From the IMG/VR virus record IMGVR_UViG_3300043672_000039, positions 1 to 64,000 of that record: DNA of 64,000 nt; one strand, 5' to 3'. Both the position numbers and the translations under genes were made by a program. The DNA comes from a virus (lineage: Duplodnaviria; Caudoviricetes). The notes beneath the pieces are model-generated. The model was not told the DNA's origin. It saw nothing but the letters and a program-made list of their open reading frames with translations, and did not search any database. Positions 54,852 to 63,671 of this stretch are shown here, piece by piece. Positions within the stretch are counted from its first letter, which is position 1; every line of letters begins with the position of its first letter.

Positions 54852-55096
54852 GGTTCGAGTTTTGGTTCGGCGATTTTTGCAGCGGCAAACGCGGGCCTAA
54901 GAAAAGCTCCGAGCCAGAGTAAAAATAACCTTCGAGGATTATCAACCCATTGAAAATCTGGCATTGGGCAATTTTTCCACTGAGATTCGAGGGTCTTAGT
55001 GAACGTATCTATCGCAGCCTTCAACTCTGCTCGGGCCGCGTCGTGATGCTTCGTCGCAAGGTTTTTGTATTCTTCTTCGGTTAGTAGATATTGCAT
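54848..55096 (-). CDS. Hypothetical protein
   Basis: MQYLLTEEEY start; ATGA overlap. Confidence 0.65.
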   Translation of the reverse strand: MQYLLTEEEYKNLATKHHDAARAELKAAIDTFTKTLESQWKNCPMPDFQWVDNPRRLFLLWLGAFLRPAFAAAKIAEPKLEP

Positions 55097-55101
55097 GACG
55101 T

Positions 55102-55347
55102 TTAAACCCAATCAGAATTTTTGTAGTAGTGCTCCAATGCGGCGAAGTCCGTCGCGCGAACAAGAACATACGTATGACCATCGAAGGTATGTCCGAAGGT
55201 CGGTCCGCCGTTTCGTTCAAGTAGCAATTTCACGCCTTCTCTCACAGTGGCAATAGGAAGTTTCGGTTTACCGGAGACCGAAGTTGCAAGGGGCTCGAAG
55301 CGACCGCTTAGCTTGCAACCTCGGGACGGTAAATTTTTCTTCTTCAT
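55102..55347 (-). CDS. Hypothetical protein (81 aa)
   Basis: Coupled ORF. Confidence 0.55.
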   Translation of the reverse strand: MKKKNLPSRGCKLSGRFEPLATSVSGKPKLPIATVREGVKLLLERNGGPTFGHTFDGHTYVLVRATDFAALEHYYKNSDWV

Positions 55348-55841
55348 TCAATATTCCCCAACGCTTCGGAAATCGAGTCGCGCATCTGATCGAGTTGCTC
55401 TTGCTCGCCGTTCTCGTCTTCCTCGTCCAGTTCGAAAGAGAGTTCATTCAATTCTTCGATGATGGACTCCAGACAATCAATGCGCGACTGCAATAGCTGC
55501 CCGGTGTCTCCGTCTTGTAATCCCTGCGGCATGTTCTCAAGACTTCCCTGAGTTTCGTCCTTAAGGTTTTCCAAGTCGCCGACAACGCCGTCGCGATTCG
55601 ATTCGAAATCCTCCGGCGTGGTGCCTTCAATCGGCGCATCTTGAATTGCGAAGACTGCGGAGTAATACGCGGAGCGCGTCAGGTCGGAGCGGCTCGGGCG
55701 GCAGGATTTGCATCGCACATACTTTCCGCCGCGCATGAACTTCCACCAAAAATAACTGTCACCTTTGGCGATTTTCTTTTCGCACTTGGAACAGGCTCCC
55801 GGTGATTTCCTCGCTTTAGCTACTACGTTGAGTTGTGACAT
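55344..55841 (-). CDS. Zn-finger plus acidic coiled-coil protein (165 aa)
   Basis: CSKC...CKSC; very acidic C-terminal half. Confidence 0.75.
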   Translation of the reverse strand: MSQLNVVAKARKSPGACSKCEKKIAKGDSYFWWKFMRGGKYVRCKSCRPSRSDLTRSAYYSAVFAIQDAPIEGTTPEDFESNRDGVVGDLENLKDETQGSLENMPQGLQDGDTGQLLQSRIDCLESIIEELNELSFELDEEDENGEQEQLDQMRDSISEALGNIE

Positions 55842-55844
55842 ATA

Positions 55845-56153
55845 TTAGAATGAGTTTGTTTCGACGAAGTTGGTTACATCCGCGACGGGGTCCGGATCAG
55901 GTCCGCAGCGCCAGTCCCTCGTTGGGGCGGAAGGAAGTTTCGCCGGTTCGCCATAGCTCTTGCGAATCCGGCCCGGCGACACGCGTTCGAAACCGGGATG
56001 ATCTCCCCAAATCTTATGAAAACCTTCGGGCTCGCGTTTCCAATCGATTTCGTCGTAGTGGTCTCGCCATCCGGGCGAGCGGTCCGCGTCACCTTTGCCT
56101 GCGCCATGGGCTCCCATCAAGTCTCGTTGTGCTGGTCCTGAGTTGCGTGGCAT
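55845..56153 (-). CDS. Hypothetical protein (102 aa)
   Basis: ATG after AT-rich leader. Confidence 0.6.
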   Translation of the reverse strand: MPRNSGPAQRDLMGAHGAGKGDADRSPGWRDHYDEIDWKREPEGFHKIWGDHPGFERVSPGRIRKSYGEPAKLPSAPTRDWRCGPDPDPVADVTNFVETNSF

Positions 56154-56157
56154 AAAT

Positions 56158-56400
56158 TTAAATGTGGACTTCGTAGAATACTACCAGCGTTCGAATGATG
56201 CGTTCCTTTTGGTATCGCGGAAGCACGCCGAGGATAGTGGTAATTTTCTCAAGTGACGCCAGCATGTTCGAAGAACTGGCGGACTCCGGCTCAATCGCCG
56301 GATCAGCAATCGGCGTGAAGTTTGCCGGAGGGGCTCCGTCATGCCCGAATCGAATCGGTTGTTTAACGCTTCGAATATCAAGTGGCGAATGTTTTTTCAT
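56158..56400 (-). CDS. Hypothetical protein (80 aa)
   Basis: ATGA overlap. Confidence 0.65.
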   Translation of the reverse strand: MKKHSPLDIRSVKQPIRFGHDGAPPANFTPIADPAIEPESASSSNMLASLEKITTILGVLPRYQKERIIRTLVVFYEVHI

Positions 56401-56732
56401 ACGTCAGCGGCGAGAACGACTTCGCGAATGTTGTCGAAGGTGGTGCTTGGATGATCGTTGAAGGTAACGAGCCCGTTATCGGCGAGCCGAGGAAAAAGTT
56501 TATGCGCAGTTGAGGCAATTTTTTTCACAACTTCAATAGTCTCTTTGGCAACGCCGTCACCGTAGCATTTTTGGATCGCGCCGCTCAAACACCAGCAGCA
56601 TGCCCTTGGGTGATTCCATGAACTGACCACCGCATCCTCAGAAAAGAAACCTAACGCGATGCCTGCGGCGTCCCGAGCGAAGCAGCCTTTCGTCCACTTG
56701 TCCGGGCTCGTGAGTAGTTCGGAGATTTTCAT
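56397..56732 (-). CDS. DUF6197-like protein, paralog D
   Basis: W.KG..AR...WCL.GA..KCYG...FND...TTF. Confidence 0.8.
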   Translation of the reverse strand: MKISELLTSPDKWTKGCFARDAAGIALGFFSEDAVVSSWNHPRACCWCLSGAIQKCYGDGVAKETIEVVKKIASTAHKLFPRLADNGLVTFNDHPSTTFDNIREVVLAADV

Positions 56733-56740
56733 GGCGAAGC

Positions 56741-56935
56741 TTACGCGTCGAGGGTGCCGACCCACTTAACGTTTTTGATTCTCCAAATCGCCTTGCGAGA
56801 AAACTTCTTGCGCAAGAACTTGACCGCTTTGACTTCGGCGTGAACCAGCGCATGCTGTTTGGTGGTAATCAGCAGATCGCCGATATGCTGGTTCGGTTCG
56901 TAGCGGATTTCCCAGAGATGCAAACCGGAGATCAT
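56741..56935 (-). CDS. Hypothetical protein (64 aa)
   Basis: Coupled ORF. Confidence 0.5.
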   Translation of the reverse strand: MISGLHLWEIRYEPNQHIGDLLITTKQHALVHAEVKAVKFLRKKFSRKAIWRIKNVKWVGTLDA

Positions 56936-57324
56936 ACCTTTATGGTTCGGTCGAGTTGGATAATGTTGCTCGGGCTCGATTCGACTTTCGTTTTTTCAGC
57001 GGTGAATAACGCTTCCTGTTTCGCAGCCGCGATGCGAGCTTGAGTCGCGTTACGGATCGCGAGCACGCGCATCGCAACGTTCGAGATCGAGCCGAGCAGG
57101 GGTTCATACTCCTGCTTGAGTGTGAACCACGCGCCGAGAAACTCGGAGCCGTGCTGGATGAATGTGTTCGCGAGAAACTCGTGATTGCCGGTAATCTCCG
57201 CTTGATGCTCGCGCGTTTGCACATCGAGCGCCGCAAGCTCGGAAAGCCGGTCGAGGGCTCCGGCGATTTGAGACGCGAGTTGAAGGTTGAGGGGCTGGAC
57301 AGGTGTTTGTTTTGTGTTACTCAT
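56932..57324 (-). CDS. Hypothetical helical protein (130 aa)
   Basis: ATG, coupled to downstream ORF. Confidence 0.7.
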   Translation of the reverse strand: MSNTKQTPVQPLNLQLASQIAGALDRLSELAALDVQTREHQAEITGNHEFLANTFIQHGSEFLGAWFTLKQEYEPLLGSISNVAMRVLAIRNATQARIAAAKQEALFTAEKTKVESSPSNIIQLDRTIKV

Positions 57325-57415
57325 TATAGTAGGGCTCGGTGGTTGAGATCGAGGAGGGATTTGTATTTCATACGTTAGCGGGTTTTGCGGGCGGAGTTGT
57401 AAAGTTTAATCAACG

Positions 57416-57730
57416 TCATACTTTGGCCTTTCGAATAACGCGACGGATCATGGCAAACGTGGTGCTCGACAGATTGTTGAACGACGCGATACCGTAGTAT
57501 TGGTATTGGGGATACAATTCGTTGAGTGCGTTTTTGAGTTTGAGAACGACATCTATCGGCTCACCATACGGATCATCCTCTGGCGCGTAGCACTTCTGGA
57601 TCGCGCCGCGCAGGCACCAACTAACAGCGCCCGTGCAATTGCCGTGAGGCAAGGTGCCGCCATGTTTATCCATGGCGAAGTAGCGTTTGATCCACTTCTC
57701 CGGCTTGTCAAGCAGTTTGAGTAGCGTCAT
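57416..57730 (-). CDS. DUF6197-like protein, paralog C
   Basis: KWIK.YFA...SWCLRGAIQKCY...FNN...TTF. Confidence 0.8.
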   Translation of the reverse strand: MTLLKLLDKPEKWIKRYFAMDKHGGTLPHGNCTGAVSWCLRGAIQKCYAPEDDPYGEPIDVVLKLKNALNELYPQYQYYGIASFNNLSSTTFAMIRRVIRKAKV

Positions 57731-58020
57731 ACGTTGGCCTTACGCAGAAGGTTGCGGAGCTTACGAAAAGTGGTGGTGCTGGCGTTATTGAAACCTACAA
57801 TGTTGCCGCAAAACTGGGGATGCATTTTTGCGATGACTTGTTCAAGCTTCTTGCTTTGTGCATTATAGGCTGAGCCGTAGCATTTTTCAAGGGCTCCAAT
57901 CAGGCACCAACTCACGGCGTCTGGGTGTGACCCGAGGAAGACCGGGTGACCTTCTTTGTTCCGGGCAATGGAGCCTTTGATCCACTTCTTTGAATGATTG
58001 AGCAGTTTGAGGATTTTCAT
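57727..58020 (-). CDS. DUF6197-like protein, paralog B
   Basis: KWIKGSIAR...SWCLIGALEKCYG...FNN...TTF. Confidence 0.8.
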   Translation of the reverse strand: MKILKLLNHSKKWIKGSIARNKEGHPVFLGSHPDAVSWCLIGALEKCYGSAYNAQSKKLEQVIAKMHPQFCGNIVGFNNASTTTFRKLRNLLRKANV

Positions 58021-58358
58021 ACGCGGGCAGCGCGAACAACGCGCAGGATATCGTTGAAGGTGGTTTTCGGATCATCGTTGAAATCAACGATGGAGGACAT
58101 TCCCGGATAAAATTTTCTAATGGCCCTGAGAAGCCGGGCTCTCGCCCGGTGATTCGCGGCATTAAAAGAATCCCCGTAACATTTTCTTAGAGCGCCGCCC
58201 AAGCACCAGCATTGCGCAGAGTCGGACATATAATCACAACTCGTTTTGGAGAGCAAACCCGGGTCGATTTTTAAAGACCGGAGGCTGACGTAACGAGTGC
58301 GAGCGAAATACCCGCGCGTCCATCGCTGGTAACTGGTGAACAGCTTTAAAATTTTCAT
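58017..58358 (-). CDS. DUF6197-like protein, paralog A
   Basis: RWTRGYFAR...CWCLGGALRKCYG...FNDD..TTF. Confidence 0.8.
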   Translation of the reverse strand: MKILKLFTSYQRWTRGYFARTRYVSLRSLKIDPGLLSKTSCDYMSDSAQCWCLGGALRKCYGDSFNAANHRARARLLRAIRKFYPGMSSIVDFNDDPKTTFNDILRVVRAARV

Positions 58359-59161
58359 TACGATACGCTACCACCATCGCCATCAGTTGCACAACTAATA
58401 TTTACAGAAAAAATTGGTGGGCTCGATTGATCACCGATTGGTGTCGTGGGCGGATCGCCGAAATACGGTTGCGGACTCGGTGGAACCGGTGTGACGTTCG
58501 GAGGATACACCAGAGTAGGTCGTGCAGAGCCCGGCACATAGTCCGCAGGTATCAGGCTCCGCCGGTCGATGCTGCGTTCGATTGCGTCGAGTCGTTTATC
58601 AATCGAGTCGAGACGCTCGATGATCTTGGATGTGGATTTTTCAAACTCACCCGCAATCGTTTTGTATTGAGGACGCGTCTTGTCGGCACAGTCTTCGCGA
58701 AGCTGCCCTGCGGCAATGAGTGCAGCCTCAATCTGAAGCAGGGACGAGACGATGTCGTGCTCATTTTCATTGTCGAGCTTCGCGCGGTTGAAGGTGATGT
58801 TGAAATCGTCATCGGTTGGCTTTTTGTAGGCGTCACGCCGATATTTCCAGAAGCGATACACAATCATGTCGGCAAGCCGGAACGCCTGTTCATATTCATG
58901 GAGCCCGAAGACTCCCCACGTTCGTTGCTGACCACCGAGGTAGGATTTGACAAACCATTTGTTCGCGACGGCATACACGTTCGAGGCTTTACCTTCAGAT
59001 CGCCGGTCAGCGATGGCAACCTCGGACGGCGTCAGCTTGGTCTGGGGCATGCACGTTCGCAGGTTCGAGAAGGCGAGACGGATCAGGTCTTGCTGCACGC
59101 GGGTTTGAGCGAAAGAACGAGAGTCCGCCGATTCGCCCTGAGAAAATGAGTCATTTTGCAT
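58358..59161 (-). CDS. Hypothetical protein with AP2-like segment and Pro-rich tail
   Basis: NKWFVKSYLGG..RTWGVF..EQAFRLAD; ATG 7 nt after promoter motif. Confidence 0.7.
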   Translation of the reverse strand: MQNDSFSQGESADSRSFAQTRVQQDLIRLAFSNLRTCMPQTKLTPSEVAIADRRSEGKASNVYAVANKWFVKSYLGGQQRTWGVFGLHEYEQAFRLADMIVYRFWKYRRDAYKKPTDDDFNITFNRAKLDNENEHDIVSSLLQIEAALIAAGQLREDCADKTRPQYKTIAGEFEKSTSKIIERLDSIDKRLDAIERSIDRRSLIPADYVPGSARPTLVYPPNVTPVPPSPQPYFGDPPTTPIGDQSSPPIFSVNISCATDGDGGSVS

Positions 59162-59168
59162 ACAATCC

Positions 59169-59198
59169 AACAGTCACCGGGGGAGTGGGTGATGTCAA
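59169..59198 (-). promoter_or_regulatory. TTGACA-N15-GTGACTGTT promoter motif
   Basis: 7 nt upstream of ATG 59161. Confidence 0.7.
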
Positions 59199-59248
59199 GA
59201 ACGAAATTGAAGATGCGTAGGCGAGTCGGCGTTTCGCCGTGATGATGG

Positions 59249-59434
59249 GTATCTATGTTTTAGAGCGAATGCGGTGACAACTTTTTATTATCGATGTATG
59301 GACAGTTAAAGGTCTCCTGTATCTATATTAAATTAATTCACACATATATTAAAATACATCATATTAAACATCTTTAGCTGTTCATACTTCGATAATAAAA
59401 AGTTGTCGTCGTGTTCGCTCTAAAACATAGATAC
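59249..59434. repeat. 63-bp imperfect inverted repeat flanking a 60-bp AT-rich core (candidate origin/terminus)
   Basis: Arm 59249-59311 matches reverse complement of 59372-59434 (TATCTATGTTTTAGAGCGAA...GACAACTTTTTATTATCGA...). Confidence 0.85.
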
Positions 59435-59485
59435 GCATTATTTATTAGATTTATCACTTTTTATCTGCGCCCGAGCATTTTCTAG

Positions 59486-59494
59486 GTGACTGTT
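59486..59494 (+). promoter_or_regulatory. GTGACTGTT motif
   Basis: 6 nt upstream of ATG 59501. Confidence 0.7.
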
Positions 59495-59500
59495 GGATTG

Positions 59501-59641
59501 ATGGCCTCGACCAAGAAACCTGAAGACAGGCTTTTCGCAGACATGAGCCCGGAGCTTCGCAAGCTTCAAAAGCAGGCGCACAAAGAACTTCGCCTGAAGA
59601 AACGCACTGAATGGAAGCTAAAAAATCTTCAACCGCAGTAA
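59501..59641 (+). CDS. Small basic protein (46 aa) MASTKKPEDRLFADM...
   Basis: Translated by hand; follows promoter motif. Confidence 0.65.
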   Translation: MASTKKPEDRLFADMSPELRKLQKQAHKELRLKKRTEWKLKNLQPQ

Positions 59642-59826
59642 TCTTTCCCTGCCGGTATTGCGGCAACCCACTTCCGCACTTGCCGAGCGACTCACCCTCG
59701 GATTATCGAACGCGGAAATACTGCTCCGCACCGTGCCGCGCAAAGGGGAGGCGTGATTTGGTGAGAGACCTAAAGGCTGATATGCGAAGGGTCGGCGCAC
59801 TGATCCAACAGATCAACGATTTATGA
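59611..59826 (+). CDS. Small Zn-finger protein (71 aa)
   Basis: CRYCG...RKYCSAPC. Confidence 0.7.
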   Translation: MEAKKSSTAVIFPCRYCGNPLPHLPSDSPSDYRTRKYCSAPCRAKGRRDLVRDLKADMRRVGALIQQINDL

Positions 59827-60788
59827 AGCGCGCTTTTCTCACCGGCGTCACGGGCCAAGACGGAAGTTATCTCTCCGAGTTGTTGCTCGGCAAAGGTTAC
59901 GAGGTTCACGGACTTGTGCGGCGCACCAGCACCTATAACCGTCAGAGGATTGCGCATCTCGAATCCAATCCAGCGTTTAAACTTCACTATGGAGACTTGA
60001 GCGAGGGCTCCTCAATCTCGCGACTGCTCAACGCGATTGAGCCGAATGAGGTTTACAATCTCGGTGCTCAATCCCACGTTCAGGTGAGCTTCTTGAATCC
60101 GGAATACACGGCAGACGTGGACGCAACAGGCACGATTCGATTGCTAGAAGCAGTGCGATGCATGCGGCATCGTCCGAGATTCTATCAGGCATCTTCAAGC
60201 GAAATGTTCGGCAAGGTCGCAGAGATTCCGCAGACTGAAACAACTCCATTCTATCCACGCAGTCCGTATGGTTGCGCCAAAGTATTTTCGTATTGGGCCA
60301 CAGTCAACTATCGCGAAGCGTATGGGCTCCACGCGAGTAACGGTATTCTGTTCAATCACGAATCCCCGCGCCGTGGCGATACGTTCGTGACTCGGAAGAT
60401 CACGCAAGCGGTCGCGCGTATTAAGCTCGGGCAACAGAAGCAACTTGCTCTCGGCAATCTCAACGCTCAGCGTGATTGGGGATACGCAGCAGACTTCGTC
60501 GAGGCAATGTGGTTGATGCTTCAGCAGGATGTGCCCGGCGATTACGTTGTGGCAACGAACGAAATGCACACCGTTGCTGAATTCTGCCAGCTTGCTTTTC
60601 ATTACGTTGGCTTGGACTGGCGCAAGTATGTCGTGCATGATCCACAGTTCGACAGGCCCGCAGAGGTTGATCAATTGCTCGGGAGTTATGCGCGTGCTGA
60701 GCGCGTGCTCGGATGGAGACCGAAGACCAAGTTTGCTGAGCTTGTTCGGATCATGGTGGATCACGATTTGATGAAGGCCGAAGCATGA
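59823..60788 (+). CDS. gmd: GDP-mannose 4,6-dehydratase
   Basis: [67 protein letters not shown]. Confidence 0.97.
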   Translation: MKRAFLTGVTGQDGSYLSELLLGKGYEVHGLVRRTSTYNRQRIAHLESNPAFKLHYGDLSEGSSISRLLNAIEPNEVYNLGAQSHVQVSFLNPEYTADVDATGTIRLLEAVRCMRHRPRFYQASSSEMFGKVAEIPQTETTPFYPRSPYGCAKVFSYWATVNYREAYGLHASNGILFNHESPRRGDTFVTRKITQAVARIKLGQQKQLALGNLNAQRDWGYAADFVEAMWLMLQQDVPGDYVVATNEMHTVAEFCQLAFHYVGLDWRKYVVHDPQFDRPAEVDQLLGSYARAERVLGWRPKTKFAELVRIMVDHDLMKAEA

Positions 60789-61405
60789 GCCAACATAATC
60801 GAGAACTGGTGGATAAAGCTTTAGCGACTGCAATGGCAGATCGTAGCGCATGCGTGAAGTATGAGGTTGATCAAGATCAGGCGTTCTTGTTGTATGCAAC
60901 GTTCTGTTGCGATGTTGAACGCACTGCACACGCAGTCAATGTAAAGCCTGCGGACATCATCCAAATGGCAGAGCAGGGTGGATGGAATGAGAAGCTACGC
61001 GGCATCATTGAGCTAAAGAAATCTGGCAGAGCAGGCGATGTTGAACGCGCGGTCAATCGTGCAATCAATTACGTTCAGGCTCACCGATTGCGTGAATTCC
61101 TTCAGCGTGTGCTTCAGCACATCTTTGGGCAACCATTGGAGAACATTGAAGAATGGATGTTTTCCATGCAGTATTCAAAAGGCCAAGAGGAGCCCGTAAA
61201 GAAGTTCACCACTCGACCGCTTGCGGACTTGGCAGTTGCATTGGAGAAGTGTCATTTGCTCACATATATGGCTCTGGGCGACTCAGCCTCGGAGCGCCGT
61301 GGACGCGACACCGCACCGGACGCAGACTTGAGTAGCGGAGACCTTCACGCGAAGATTGCTGCGGCGATGTCCAAAGAGGTTACGGTCACAGCCAAAGTTC
61401 TCTGA
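60785..61405 (+). CDS. Possible terminase small subunit
   Basis: N-terminal HTH-like [10 protein letters not shown]...AEQGGWNEK, helical body; position at start of late arm. Confidence 0.35.
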   Translation: MSQHNRELVDKALATAMADRSACVKYEVDQDQAFLLYATFCCDVERTAHAVNVKPADIIQMAEQGGWNEKLRGIIELKKSGRAGDVERAVNRAINYVQAHRLREFLQRVLQHIFGQPLENIEEWMFSMQYSKGQEEPVKKFTTRPLADLAVALEKCHLLTYMALGDSASERRGRDTAPDADLSSGDLHAKIAAAMSKEVTVTAKVL

Positions 61406-61753
61406 ATTCTGAACAGAGAGAAATCAAGTTAGGCTCACCTAACATTCTTCAATGTAACTACATTTCTTTGGCGTTCCTCCAATAGTTAGACTAAGCGAAA
61501 TCCGAGCGTCGGGCTCGCGTTCAGTCGATTATTGCAGCCGCCCTCCTCGACTTCACGCCCTCATAACGATACGGCTCGACGACTGTCCGCAATCCTACAG
61601 GAATGGTATTCGGCGACACGTTCCCGAGCGGGATCGACGCCCCGGAGCCCCGGCGGACCGTAAAAACGGCTCGGGGGGAAATTCGCTTGACAACTCTCGC
61701 TTAGTGGTGATACCTAGAAACGAAAAAACCGTATCGCGACCCCCTTAATTTAG

Positions 61754-61762
61754 GTGACTGTT
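61754..61762 (+). promoter_or_regulatory. GTGACTGTT motif
   Basis: 7 nt upstream of ATG 61770. Confidence 0.65.
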
Positions 61763-61769
61763 GTAATTG

Positions 61770-62402
61770 ATGTCAGAGTTTAAGGATATTTGTTCTGCGA
61801 AAAAATCGACCCCGCTAGAGAAGGATTTAAAATTTTTGGATTGGGCGATTCGGATTGTTCGACGGCGGATCACATTTCGGGAACGAAAGGTGCTTCGTAT
61901 GGCGCGATGGCGAAAAACGGCTCTGGTGAGATATCATTCCGGCGAAAATGTTGCCCGGCAGATGCGCGAACGAAAGCGCACGTTGGAACGAGCGTTTAGA
62001 CGTGTGCTTCGACGTGAATCCCGGCAAAAAATAAAAAATCAGATCGGGATCGAAAAGGCATACCGGCGCGTTTTACTCCGGCAAAATAATCAGATAGAAA
62101 TAAAACTCGCCAATCGGCTTCGCCGTCGTTTTGAGAAAGCTTTCCGGCATAGAAAATCATCTCGCATCTGTATGGAACTGACCGGCACGTCCGTTGCTGG
62201 ACTCCGGGCGCATCTTGAATCACTTTTCAAATCCGGGATGACGTGGGAGAACTACGGGTTTTGGGGCTGGCACATCGATCACATTAAACCGGTATGTTCT
62301 TTCGATTTGAAGTTGCCAGAGCATCAACGCGCCTGCTTTCATTACAGCAATCTTCAGCCTCTCTGGAAATCGGAGAACCTCGAAAAGGGTAGGAAACATT
62401 AG
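61770..62402 (+). CDS. HNH homing endonuclease (paralog of 3895 and 16230)
   Basis: GMTWENYG..WHIDHIKP..SFDL..EHQRACFHYSNLQPLW. Confidence 0.85.
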   Translation: MSEFKDICSAKKSTPLEKDLKFLDWAIRIVRRRITFRERKVLRMARWRKTALVRYHSGENVARQMRERKRTLERAFRRVLRRESRQKIKNQIGIEKAYRRVLLRQNNQIEIKLANRLRRRFEKAFRHRKSSRICMELTGTSVAGLRAHLESLFKSGMTWENYGFWGWHIDHIKPVCSFDLKLPEHQRACFHYSNLQPLWKSENLEKGRKH

Positions 62403-62439
62403 TTGTGGAAAACCCGCTCGCCGTGCTATCGTCATTCCA

Positions 62440-62577
62440 ATGAAAACTAAATTTCGTCTCGGCATTCGGTATCTCGTCTATTGGGACTTTCGGATTCGCG
62501 GCGTTTTTCTCTCTTGGGTAAGAGAGCACCGCCGAATGGTCGGGCTTCCTCCAGTCGGTTCGCCGTGGGACCAATAG
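62440..62577 (+). CDS. Small hypothetical protein (45 aa)
   Basis: Translated by hand MKTKFRLGIRYLVYW... Confidence 0.4.
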   Translation: MKTKFRLGIRYLVYWDFRIRGVFLSWVREHRRMVGLPPVGSPWDQ

Positions 62578-62583
62578 GATTTT

Positions 62584-62772
62584 ATGGCCGCACACATCTC
62601 GCCTGACACAGAATTGGAGACCGTGCCTTGCACGTATTGCGCTACGCCCACGACGATGACTGGCACCAAGCTTTGTGACCGGTGCTGGGAATTGCGCGGG
62701 CGCATCTCCCGAGACCCGGTGCTGGCAAAGAGAATGCTGGACGAGATTACCAACAATGAAAAAACGGAATGA
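62584..62772 (+). CDS. Small Zn-finger protein (62 aa)
   Basis: CTYC..PT.MTGTKLCDRCWE. Confidence 0.75.
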   Translation: MAAHISPDTELETVPCTYCATPTTMTGTKLCDRCWELRGRISRDPVLAKRMLDEITNNEKTE

Positions 62773-62932
62773 ATTTCACGTCCATCCCTTCACCGGGATT
62801 CTGTTCGGCGCTCTCATCGTCAGGCCATGGCGGACGAAGGCCCTGCCCAAGGCGCGGGTGATGCACGTCCACGTTTGGAATATTATCTCGCCGCGCGGTC
62901 GGCTGATGAAGGCAAACTTTATCCTTAACTGA
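62756..62932 (+). CDS. Small hypothetical protein (58 aa)
   Basis: ATG at 62756 overlapping previous gene. Confidence 0.45.
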   Translation: MKKRNEFHVHPFTGILFGALIVRPWRTKALPKARVMHVHVWNIISPRGRLMKANFILN

Positions 62933-62933
62933 T

Positions 62934-63140
62934 ATGAAACGAAAGTTCAAACCCCGGGCAACCCTGACGTTGCACAACTTTTCCAAACTGTCCTCCGCCG
63001 AGCGTGAAGCAGTTTTTTCATGGATGACGCGGCAACTCACGATGTTGATTCAACAGCCGGAAAGCTTTGCGGACCGATATACCGCGCGATTTCTCGTCCC
63101 GAAGATCAAGGCAACGGTCCGGCGCAAAGAAAGATATTGA
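62934..63140 (+). CDS. Hypothetical protein (68 aa)
   Basis: ATG 1 nt after previous stop. Confidence 0.6.
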   Translation: MKRKFKPRATLTLHNFSKLSSAEREAVFSWMTRQLTMLIQQPESFADRYTARFLVPKIKATVRRKERY

Positions 63141-63161
63141 TCGTCAGAGGGAGCCCGGCGA

Positions 63162-63170
63162 GTGACTGTT
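63162..63170 (+). promoter_or_regulatory. GTGACTGTT motif
   Basis: 7 nt upstream of ATG 63178. Confidence 0.65.
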
Positions 63171-63177
63171 AGATTAG

Positions 63178-63519
63178 ATGTCAGCACCAACACCGCCAAC
63201 ACAAAATGTTCGGGCCAAACCCGCTTCCGGCGACACCGATAATAATCTCCTGCGAAAAATCGACGGCATCCTCGCGACTGGCGCGGGCCTCGGCGGAGTC
63301 GATCAGTTTTCCGATACTGCTGCCCATACTGGGCTCTGGGGAATTGTCCACGCAATTACTGATGTCACAATCACGGCGATTGTGTATGCGCCGAATACGC
63401 AGGCTGGCACGGGGCTCGCGGGGAAGACCCTTTTAGCCGGGGATAGAATCTACGGCGACATCCGGAGTTTTCAAGCTGGCTCCGGCACCTTCGAACTTTA
63501 TCGGTCCGCCGTTCTCTGA
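63178..63519 (+). CDS. Putative virion protein (113 aa)
   Basis: N-terminal DTDNNLLRKI resembles 9967 protein N-terminus (DSQYNILRKI); beta-rich. Confidence 0.65.
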   Translation: MSAPTPPTQNVRAKPASGDTDNNLLRKIDGILATGAGLGGVDQFSDTAAHTGLWGIVHAITDVTITAIVYAPNTQAGTGLAGKTLLAGDRIYGDIRSFQAGSGTFELYRSAVL

Positions 63520-63671
63520 TGCAACTGCAAATCCAAAATTTACTTTTCATTGCCGGGACAGTTTTCGGCACTGCGGTTCCTCCGGGTCCGCCGCCCCCGG
63601 GCGATGAGCGAATCACCGAAGCAGGAGAATTTCGGCTCACAGAAGGCAACGATCAACGAGTGATTGAATGA
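63519..63671 (+). CDS. Small protein (50 aa) with RITEAGEFRLTEG motif
   Basis: Translated by hand; coupled. Confidence 0.6.
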   Translation: MQLQIQNLLFIAGTVFGTAVPPGPPPPGDERITEAGEFRLTEGNDQRVIE

